Of a stretch of DNA of 64,000 nucleotides, positions 19,300-29,220 are shown one piece after another. Source of the DNA: Heteronotia binoei (lineage: Eukaryota); NCBI RefSeq assembly GCF_032191835.1, contig NC_083239.1:1612001-1676000 (forward strand), given 5' to 3'. Position 1 is the stretch's first letter. Each line of letters begins with the position of its first letter. Position numbers and translations under genes: made by a program. The notes beneath the pieces were generated by a model. The model was not told the DNA's origin. It did not search any database and worked only from the letters and a program-made list of their open reading frames with translations.

Positions 19300-22200
19300 A
19301 AAACAGGGTATGAGGGCCAGATCTGACATGAGACCTTGTCGGGCCAGGCCATATGTGTCATAAAATGTAATGCCATTTAGTGGAGATGTAAGCTTTATCA
19401 AGGACACAGACAAACACAATAAAAGATTTAAAAGCGCTTTAAATAAAACACGCTTAAAAGATTAGCACTCTTGCAGTATTTTACTTAGTCTCTAACTGAC
19501 ATCTCTTGGTCTGAATTATTGCATCAAAATCTGGAGACAATGTCTGTGCCATAGCAATCTTGAGTATGCTGTTCAGGTGTGTATCTGTTAGTTGCAAGCC
19601 TACTTTTGATTTGTTGACATTCAGTGCAGAAATCTGATGGTCAATGCTTTGAGCCTAAGACCCAGAGGTAAACATGAAATGGCTGGGCATTGTGAGCCTT
19701 TGTACATAAGTTGGTTCATGTGCTGGTCAAGAATATGTGAAGGCACCATGACACAGACTGAGGGCTATGTTTTTGTCTACAAAACGATGGTCTTCCCTAG
19801 ATAAATAACTACAATTCCTATGAGGCAGTGCAAGAATACAGACATCAATGTATAGTGGTCAGTATCAACCCACTTGAATGGGAAGCCTAGGTTAAAAATC
19901 CCCAGTCTGCAAAGGAAATGTGCCGGGTGAACTTAGTCTGGACATGCACTCAGCCTAATCTATATCACTGGCTTGTTATTCCTCATCTAAATAGTTCATA
20001 ATGCTTTCCTACTAAAAAAAGACTGGCTCACAAAGGCATGAATACAGTGAAAAGGGGGAGGCAAACCCAAGTGCACTGAGGACAGCCCTGGCATAAGTAG
20101 CTCTATCTGTAACAAGGCAAAAAGCTCATATCTTGAATAAAACTTTGTTGGCCTTAGAGGTGCTTTGTATTTCTCCTGTGTGATCAAGGAAACTGGGCAA
20201 AGGAAGCTCTGATTCTTTCCCTCCCTTCCCAGGGGACAAGGAGAAGGAGGAGCCTCAGCCAACAGATGGAAGAGTGGCTTGGCTCAGTAGCTCTGCTGGG
20301 TGACCAGCTAAGCAAGCTTTGCCTCCCCACCTTCCTCCCCAAGGGAGGAGGCTCATCCAATGGAGGAGATAGAGGCTTTGCTCTGTAGCTGCTGTGTGAT
20401 TGAGCAAGCCTGGCAAAGCAAGCTGTGATGCAGAAGGACAGGTAGAGAAAAACAACTGCGCCCAAAGAAAAAGAAAACAATACTCATAAATACGTAGAAA
20501 ATATCAAAAATTTCTTAGTGGTGTCTAACCAATCACAGTAACAACCATTAAAGTAAATACATCCAAATAAGCACAGTGTTACTTAAAGCAACAATCAGTT
20601 CTTCTGTGTGACTCCTCAGTTTTCCTTCTGCTTTCAGAAAGTCATGGAAGATCCAATCTTATAAGCTTTATCAAGGACACAGGCAAACACAATACGAACT
20701 ATTTAGATGAGGAACAACAAGTATTTATGAGTATTGTTTTCTTTTTCTTTGGGTGCAGTTGCTTTTCTCCCCCTGTTCTTCACTGTGCCGCCACTGTTTC
20801 TCTGTGATGCAGAAGGAGGCAGAAGTCTCGAGAACCGCAGGAGGAACTGATGGCCAGAAATACAAGAACCTCTCCATGTATAAAATGTAATGGTCAACCA
20901 CCATTACATTTCAATAATTGCATGGCTAAACAATTAACTCCACGATTGACTCTTGTGTATATTATCATAATATCTCCCATACAAAATTCTAATCACCAGT
21001 ACAAACACCATACATTACAATAATGTCCATCCATTACAATAATGTCCACAACTATTATAATGGTCCAATGTACACAATTTGCCTTGTCATACTGCTTCAA
21101 AAGTCATAATTTACAGAGTCACTTGTAAGCACAGCTAAGTTGTATATTAAGGATGCAAAGGACTTAACATATAAATTGGAAGGTTTGACAGTTCCACCAG
21201 AAGCTACTTTTGTAACTTGACATAGAGGCTCTGTATAGTAACACATCACACGAAGAAGCAAAGGAAGTAATAGAAGAGGCTCTTACCAGCAGGGAGGATC
21301 ATAATATACCAACATACTTTTTAATGGAATGGAGTGATTTGATTTTGGAGAACAATTTCTTTAGATATAAAGAAAAATTTTATTTCCAAACAAAAGGCAT
21401 TGCCATAGCGAAAATGTTTATGAAAAAACTAGAGGAGAGTACTACCTTGAATGCAGGTGCTGATCCATATTTTCACAATCTAATATGCTTCAGGCATTTT
21501 ATTGATGATATTTTATTGATTTATGCAGATAAGGAACAATTACCAGCGTTTCTAGAACGGATGAAGACTTTACACCCTCATATCGGGTTCACAGTGAATA
21601 TACAAACTGAGTCTATTCCATATTTGGATACTTATATATATAGAAACAGAGAGAATAAATTGGCATTTAAGGTTTTTAGAAAACAAACAGATAAGAACTC
21701 ATATTTAAATGTTGCATCTTTTCATTGATGGGCATTAAGATGAAATTTGCCCTATTGGCAATTCCTCCGATTGAGGAGAAATTCAACTGTACCTAAGAAT
21801 TTTGTTGAGGAAGCAGATTTTTTAGAGAGACGGTTCCACCAAAGAAGATACCCAAGAGATGTTGTTACAAAAAAATCCATTGGGAAGAATATCAATTTGA
21901 GATACAAACTATGTGGTGCACTGACTCTGTAATGCACTGACTCTGTAAATTATGAATTTTGAAGCTGTATGTCAAGGTAAATTGGGTACACTGTACCGTT
22001 ATAATAGTTGCTGAATGGATGGACATTATTGTAATTTATGGTTTTTGTACAAGTGATTAGAATTTTGTACAGGATATAATAATATGCACAAGAGTCAATA
22101 GTGGAGTTAATTGTTTATTCATACAATTACTGAAATAGTAGTTGACCATTACATTTTATACATGGAGAGGTTGTTCTTGTATTTCTGGTGATGCAGAAGG

Positions 22201-22300
22201 AAGCAGCAAAGAGGGAAAAGGATGCAGATTTGCTCACGGGCCTGATAGGAGCCCTCCGGGGGCCTTATTTGGTCCCTAGGCCACACCTTTGACACCCATG
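19300..22300 (-). mobile_element. Older, interrupted copy or copies of the 13219-family hAT element, reverse orientation
   Basis: Segments at about 19300-19480, 20200-20460 and 22230-22300 are reverse complements of parts of 13219-13849; interrupted by Penelope and other pieces. Confidence 0.55.
20823..22188 (+). mobile_element. Penelope-like element fragment: RT core flanked by ~260-bp inverted repeats
   Basis: RT motifs ...FVT*DIEALYS, FYFQTKGIA, FRHFIDDILLI, IPYLDT, FRKQTDKNSYL..SFH, LPYWQFLRLRRNST (stops present); inverted arms 20854-21121 / 21938-22188; 18-bp TSD-like TGATGCAGAAGGA(G/A)GCAG. Confidence 0.85.
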
Positions 22301-23108
22301 GTCTAAAATAATGCCTTTTTGTTTTGTTGCATGTAAGCTTGTCTATAATTATACATTTTAGAAAATTTGCTTCGCTGTCAGTATTTCAGTTATGATTCAA
22401 TGACTTCAGATCTGAACGGCCTAAGTAGTAGCCAGAATGGCAATCTGTAGTGTCCATAGTTGAAGGTGGAATTAAGTATTACAGGAGATACATGGCTTCC
22501 ACTGAAAATAGCATCAGCATGTCAAGATCTCCTACTTTCCAGTTTGTAGTAACATCTTGGGCCATGGTATCGTGTGTTTGCTCTCCAGCAGTGCCCAGTG
22601 GTGTGTAGGTATATCACGTCATGGTATTGCATACTGGTGAAGGGAGAGATGAGGATACTTCCTAGTATCACCCTGTGTCCCCCATAATACTGGTCATTGT
22701 TTTGGTCTTATAATCAGAAGCTGTCTAGCCCTAAGGTAAGGCGAGATCGCACCCCTGTGCAATGAATGTTGTGGTGTTAAAAGCAGTAGTGTGGGAGGTG
22801 GATGCAAACTAACTAGGATTCACTTACATAGGTCCTTTTTCTAAAGTGTGGGGCTTGTGCAGATACTTCCAACTGATTATATTGCACGTTAATCAGCAAA
22901 AGCAGCGCTGTCATTTGGATTTTTTGCTTCAGTTTACCAAATGATGTAGTCTGATAGCAATTGTCTTATATTTGGAACAATCCTATGCAAAAAAAAAATG
23001 CCCATTGATTGGACATGCATTACAAAAAGAGTCTTGAGCTCTTGATTAATATCTGTGGAATGTAATAACGATGTGATGCTAATCTTTCAGATTCGCCTGT
23101 GTAACATA

Positions 23109-23470
23109 ATGCCAGCTGAGCGCAAGAAGTCAGCAAGCATGGAAGAAAAAGAAACATCGTTAGGTAATAAAGATAAGGAATTCGGTGACAGGCGGGTGGT
23201 GAATAGCAGAGATAAGCCCAAAGAGGATGTTAGGCTTGGCATGAAGAGAGAGACGTTAAAGCCACCTGAAGACAAAAAGAAAAAGCTGGAAGAGGAGAAG
23301 CGGAAAAAAGAAGATAAGGAACGGAAGAAAAAAGATGAGGAAAAAGTAAAATCTGAAGAAGAGCAGAAGAGAAAAGAGGAGGAGGAAAAGCAGAAACTTG
23401 AAGAGGAAGAGAGAAAAAAACAAGAAGAGGAAGTAAAGAGGCAACAAGAAGAGGCAGCTGCTCAACTGAA
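23109..23470 (+). CDS. UPF2: UPF2 exon 2, coding part (exon starts 23091)
   Basis: MPAERKKSASMEEKE...KKKLEEEKRKKEDKERKKKDEEK...AAAQLK matches the UPF2 N-terminus. Acceptor TTTCAG at 23090, donor AA|GTAAGG at 23471, phase 2. Confidence 0.97.
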
Positions 23471-23914
23471 GTAAGGTTTATTGTTGCTGTTTTGCCAATC
23501 CCCTAATTCTTGGTGGGCAGGGGAGTATGAGAGGAACTTTGATGGTAGAGCATGGTTCCAGGAAGGGAGAAGGTGCTGAGGCAGGTAGTCGTTCTTCCTT
23601 CTTACCTGCACAGGAGTTGTAAGGCAAACAAACTATTTCGGGGAGAGAACTTGAGAAGAGTTATTTTTTGTTGTAGTGAAGCTTTGCTCTCCACTACTAT
23701 GCTCCCCCCACTTTTTTTTTTAATAGCCAGTGTTGGATTACTTCAACAATCAACAGGTTCTGCAAAAATGCTATGACCTTAGCGTATTTGTCTAATGGTT
23801 GCTGCTGCAGTGGGAGGCCAAGACGGTGGAGTGAGTTGAGGAGGCAGTACTGAATTTGAAAAGACTGAGATACAAAGGGCAGCATACAGATAGCCCCATG
23901 TAACTAGATCAGTG

Positions 23915-24790
23915 TTTATTTATTCAACTTATGAACTGCCTGTTCCCTACGATGTAAAGATCTGGGCAGTGTACAACAAGGGAAAACAAAAAAGTGCGGC
24001 TACATTATTACAGATGGCGTCAGATATTTCTTTGCTACCGCGCTCAGGACTGTTCCATATACTCACAGGCTTGTGAGGAGAGGGATGAAGCAAAGATGGA
24101 AGAGAAAAGAAAGAAAGGAGGAGGGGGGTGCTGGCTATGATGGAACTGTTGCTGTCCTCCGCCAAAGGCCCTTACGGGCCCTGTGGAATTGCATAAAGTC
24201 CCTCAGGGCCATGGTGGTGTTTGGCAGAGAGTTTCAGCATGTCAGAGCCAAGACCAAAAAAGCTCTGGCTTTAGTTGAGGACAGCTAGATATCTTAAGGG
24301 CCAGGGACTAGCAGTAGATGGTTCTCAGCAGAGTGTAACACTCTTCCATGGGCATACTGGAGGAGGCAGAGATGCATTGCTCCCAGACCACTAAACGCCT
24401 TAAAGGCCAGAACCAAAATCTTTAACCTGACTCGTATTCATCTGGGAGCCAGTGTAGCTGGCACAGCACAAGTTGTATAATGTGCTGTCTGTGGCATTCC
24501 TCTCAGGACTTGTGCTGCTGCATTCTGGACCAGCTGGAGCTTCTAGGTCAGTCTCAAGGGCAGGCCTGCGTAGAGCGAGTTACAGTAATCTAGCCTGGAG
24601 GTGTCCATTGCATGGGTTACAGTGGCTAGATCAGGGTGCAACAGGAAAGGGGCCGGTTGCCGAGCTTGCCATAGATGGAAAAATGCCAGCCTGGCAATAT
24701 TTGTGACCTGGACCTCCATACTCAAGTCAGAGTCATGCTCAAACTCCTGACAAATGGCACTGGTAGCAGTGTTCCTAGGAAAGTGGTTCT
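23915..24790 (-). mobile_element. L2 LINE 3' fragment
   Basis: Minus-strand ...VTHAMDTSRLDYCNSLYAGLPLR motif, with an L2-type tail at the left end. Confidence 0.78.
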
Positions 24791-25823
24791 TGAATAGAAC
24801 TTGACATTCCTGTAGCAAACTACTCTTGAAGCTGAAGGGACTTTCAAAAGCAGTCAGGTTGTGACTTTGTTTGTATATGCATGCTATGAGAAAATTAAAA
24901 ATCCCACTGGAATACCAAAGACCTTGGGTATGCCTAAAGGAATGTTTTGGATTTTGATCAGTTAGTAGAAAGTACTTGTGCAGTATTTTCCATCACTAAA
25001 TTTCAGTGATACAGGGTTTCCAGAAACATTTGAGCTAGAAAAAAAATTCCACTGCCCTAAACAGACTGTGATCTGATACAGCGTGTTTATTTTGGCTTAT
25101 TTAGTAAATAAATTCTGAAAGTGCACAGTAGCAGCAAAAACATGTACTGAAACGTTTGATTAAGTAAGTGAGTCACGCGTGGCTTAAATGTTATATTCAA
25201 GTGAATTCAAATCCTTATGTGAAAATTATTTCAATTAAAATAATACTTACAAAAATGTAAAGACAATAAAGGAGGCCCTGACAAATTTTCTTTGGGTCTA
25301 GGAGCTAATCCAGAAGTTTAGGAACCATACTGAGTTGTCACCATCTAGAGTTTTGTATTTTAATAGCAATAATTAGGAAATACGGTAATTGCAAAACAGA
25401 ATTTAACGTTCTTCATAGTTCTCCGTAATTTTTTAAAAGCTTTAACAACAGTGTTTTACAATCTAAGAAAATGTCGGGTAACCTTGGCTGTAGAACTTCA
25501 TGTACATGCATAAGAACATAAGAGAAGCCATGTTGGATCAGGCAATTGGCAGTGGCAATTGTTCCTTTCTCTGAATGTATAAAGCAATGAAGTTTTTCTG
25601 TTCTAAAGAAGCCCATGTAAAAATGAAGCACCTCTCTGCAACAGTTTCAAAGCACAATTTTGGCCAGGCCTGTGGCTTTATAATGAAGATCCTGTAGTTT
25701 TTTAATGAAAGAATGTGGGCAATATAAATGGCGGGGAAAACCCAAACATGATGACTGCAGAAATTAGGGTTTGTAGAATCTTTCGGGCTCAAGTGCCGTG
25801 TTCTACTGGAGAAAGTTTTTCTT

Positions 25824-25864
25824 CCAGACGTTTCGTTCTCAGCTGCGGAGAACATCCTCAGTGG
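25824..25864 (-). ncRNA. Minimal hammerhead ribozyme motif (antisense to UPF2)
   Basis: Identical to the 3707-3747 motif. Confidence 0.72.
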
Positions 25865-25951
25865 CATTGCAGCCGGAGCAGGCGCTCTGACCTTCTTGAG
25901 ACTCAATGCACAGCAGCCAAGAAGGTCAGAGCGCCTGCTCCGGCTGCAACG

Positions 25952-25992
25952 CCACTGAGGATGTTCTCCGCAGCTGAGAACGAAACGTCTGG
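25952..25992 (+). ncRNA. Minimal hammerhead ribozyme motif (sense to UPF2 intron 2)
   Basis: CCACTGAGGATGTTCTCCGCAGCTGAGAACGAAACGTCTGG read directly on the plus strand. Confidence 0.75.
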
Positions 25993-26203
25993 AAGAAAAA
26001 CTTTCTCCAGTAGAACATGGCACTTGAGCCCGAAAGATTCTACAAACCCTAATGTTGATGCCAGCCGTGAAAACCTGAAATCTTTGATAACTGCAGAAAT
26101 TGTTTGTTCATGAATGATTCACTTACTTGGTAGTTCCACAAGTGGTGTCAGCCTTGTTCAAAAGAAATAAAAAACAACTCCTGACTGTTTGTGTTCTCTT
26201 TAG

Positions 26204-26983
26204 AGAGAAAGAGGAGGCACATCAGCTTCACCAAGAAGCATGGGAGCGCCACCAAGCAAGAAAGGAGCTCAGAAGCAAAAACCAGAATGCATTAGACAAC
26301 CGGCCTGAAGAAAACTTCTTTAGCAGGCTAGATTCAAGTCTCAAGAAAAACACTGCTTTTGTTAAGAAGTTAAAAACTATTACAGAGCAGCAGAGAGACT
26401 CCTTATCCCATGATTTTAATGGTCTCAATTTAAGCAAGTACATTGCAGAAGCTGTCGCTTCTATAGTGGAAGCAAAATTGAAAATCTCAGATGTAAACTG
26501 TGCTGTGCATCTTTGTTCACTGTTTCATCAGCGCTATGCTGACTTTGCTCCTTCACTTCTTCAAGTCTGGAAAAAGCATTTTGAAGCAAGGAAAGAAGAG
26601 AAAACACCCAACATTACTAAACTAAGAACAGACTTGCGGTTCATTGCAGAACTGACAATAGTTGGGATTTTCACCGACAAAGAAGGCTTATCGTTAATCT
26701 ACGAACAACTCAAAAATATTATTAATGCTGATAGGGAATCCCATACTCACGTTTCTGTGGTCATTAGCTTTTGCCGACACTGCGGAGATGACATTGCTGG
26801 TTTGATACCAAGGAAAGTAAAAAGTGCAGCGGATAGATTTAACTTGAGTTTTCCTCCTAGTGAAATTATTAGCCCAGAAAAACAGCAGCCTTTCCAAAAT
26901 CTGCTGAAAGAGTACTTCACATCTTTGACCAAACATCTGAAAAGGGACCACAGGGAACTGCAAAATATTGAAAGACAGAACAG
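26204..26983 (+). CDS. UPF2: UPF2 exon 3 (MIF4G-1)
   Basis: EKEEAHQLHQEAWERH...FFSRLDSSLKKNTAFVKKLK...HRELQNIERQNR; 780 nt, TTTAG acceptor, AG|GTGAAA donor. Confidence 0.98.
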
Positions 26984-27364
26984 GTGAAATTTTAAAAGCT
27001 CTTAATGCGTTGCAATATTGTTAATAACGTCGTACCAAAATATATTAAATAAGAATGTCTAAATATCCATGCTGCTGTTACGCTCATTGTTTTTGATAGG
27101 AAATGAGTTATTTCTTATGCTTATTTGCCGGTCTGTCATCTGGCTTTGGTATGGGATTGTTGATATAGTAAACTGAAGAAGGTTTAGCTTTAATTCCGCC
27201 CCCCCCCCCCCCGGCCCCATTCCTCAAGTGCTGTATATGTGCACAGGAGCAAGAACAATGTAGTAAACCATGTTTACCTCTGTTTTCCCATAGTGAATTT
27301 CTGCTCTTCTTTGAAAGTACAGTTGATTAGTGAGTTGTGAATGGCACAGTTTATGGTTGGATCC

Positions 27365-27800
27365 AAGTGCGCAGCCGTGTTGGTTTGAAGTAGTAGAACA
27401 AAATAGGAGTCAAGTTGTACCTTTAAGACCAACTTAGTTTTATTCAGAACGTAAGCTTTCGTGTGCTTCTAAGCACACTTCATCAGACGAGGAATCCGGC
27501 ACAGGGAGCAGAGCCACACGTAGCTGGTAGGCGGTGGCTCAGAATGCAAAATGGTACAAATTTATGCTCCAATGACAGAATAGTAAAATTATCTGGTAGA
27601 TAGTGGTTTGGAATGCAAAATGGTACAAATTTAAGATCCAATGACAGAATAGTAAATTAGCAAATTGAGCAAACCTTTGATCTGAGCAGCATGATCATGC
27701 AAAAGCAATAAAACACTAATATGTCAAAATGTGAGAATGTCTGTTAATTAGTCTATTGTTATAAGCCTGGGCCAAAAGAAAGACATTTCTATCTCAGAAG
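27365..27800 (-). mobile_element. Penelope-like 3' fragment (second family; right boundary uncertain)
   Basis: GCAGCCGTGTTGGTTTGAAGTAGTAGAAC...CCTTTAAGACCAAC...AAGCTTTCGTGTGC...CACTTCATCAG pLTR motif, typical of reptile Penelope elements. Confidence 0.65.
27450..27489 (-). ncRNA. Minimal hammerhead ribozyme motif, second family
   Basis: Reverse complement CGT-CTGATGA-A-GTGTGCT-taga-AGCACAC-GAAA-GC-T-T-ACG: intact core, 7-bp stem II, 3-bp stem I, palindromic AGCT. Confidence 0.72.
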
Positions 27801-28929
27801 TTTTCCCATCCAACTAATTTACCTTTTAACATGTAATATACATATAGTTTGCCATGAGGAGAAAAATACATTAAAATATAGTGGGAGATGGGTTCAGTAT
27901 ATGTAATGGGATAAACAACCAGTATCCCTATTTGAGCATGTCTATACAGCTAAAAGAGAAATACATTGGATAGTGATGTTCTTGTCCACCTAATTTACTT
28001 TTTAGCATGTAAACATCATTCTAGTTTGCCATAAAAAGGGGGGGGGGGAGAAAATATAGTGAAAATGGGTAAAATATATGTAATGAGATAAACAGCCAAT
28101 ATCCCTATTTTGAGTATGTCAGTATGGTTAAGTAAGCTAGTGTGAGTCAAATGGAGAAAAGAATCACGGTGCACTGCATTTGATTCTTAAGGGGTTTATA
28201 CAGAAGAATGGTGTGTGGAATGGGATTGGAACGGGGGAAGTCATGTGACCCAAGAGGTTAGGAAATGGGGGTGGAGGAAAGAAAGGATGAATATGCTATG
28301 GATGGACAATGAAATTGGAAGACAGAAAGTATACCTAATTAAAGCAAAAACTTTCAAAAGAAACAATGATCAGGGCTCTGAATCTGGAATGTCTTACTCT
28401 GCATTTGCATAAATGCTCAGTAGGTAAGATGGCTCCTAAGAGCAGCCCAAAGTGTGGGCTACTGGTGATGTTTGTTTGGGTCTCCACTTGTCAGTGAAGC
28501 GTTTGGTGATCATCAGAGCCAAAATAGGTGTCTTTCTTCCCTGGTAGTGATCTTGATAATGAAACATGAGTGTAATTCTTCGCATAGCTGGGCTCCACTG
28601 TGTCTCTGTCAAAGTCCTACATGTTTTGTCTCATTTCTCTTGCATATATTGTGCCTTGTTGATAGTACACACATGCTTTGCTTGCAGCGGATGGACTGTT
28701 CTGTGCTTTTTGAGGTACACTTACGTAGTTTTCTTTAAAATTATGCGTGGGCAGGCATGTACCTAACGTAAAAGAACAACAGTCACCACAATGTAATCAC
28801 AGCTACATCCAGTAATCAGAGTCAGTTCATAAGGGATCCAGCAACCTGACAATGTAACCGCAAATGTCCTCCCCTTACAATACCTTCTTTTCAAGAATTG
28901 CTGTAATCTTTCAAAACTAATTTTTTTAA

Positions 28930-29220
28930 AAAAAAGCTTCACAGGAAACTATTGAAAAGCCTCTTTCTGACAAGAACAAACCTTTCTTCTCTCTGTAGAT
29001 TCTTAGGTTTGGTTTATCATTCTTACTAATGTTTTACCAGAAGCTTCACAAGAAACGGTTAAGGAGTCTCTGTCTCATCGGAACAAACCCTTCTCCTTTC
29101 TGTTGATTTTGAAATAGGGTTTGATGCTCTCTTTGTCAGTGAAATTTTAAAAATCAACAGAAAAGAAAAGGGTTTGTTCTGATGAGAAAGAAGCTCCTTA
29201 ACAGTTCCTTGTGAAGCTAA
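28930..29220. repeat. Inverted/direct repeat unit (MITE-like remnant)
   Basis: AGCTTCACAAGAAAC...AACAAACCCTTCTCCTTTCTGTTGATTTT (29041-29110) is inverted at about 29150-29220 and directly repeated at about 28933-29000. Confidence 0.65.

Larger units (their letters stand above)
25766..26089. mobile_element. Short Penelope-like palindromic insertion with two hammerhead motifs
   Basis: 136-bp inverted arms (25763-25898 / 25918-26053, two mismatches), right-hand tail GTTGATGCCAGCCGTGAAAACCTGAAATCTTTGAT, 12-bp TSD ACTGCAGAAATT (25754-25765, 26090-26101). Confidence 0.85.

Noticed and set aside
25763-25772. TTAGGG/CCCTAA hexamer at the fixed arm boundary of the hammerhead elements, as a telomere link
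   Set aside because: Some Penelope-like clades are telomere-associated, but a single hexamer is expected by chance and no tandem telomeric repeats are present.
29178-29220. CTGATGA motif as another hammerhead
   Set aside because: No stem II followed by GAAA and no cleavage triplet; it is part of an inverted-repeat remnant.
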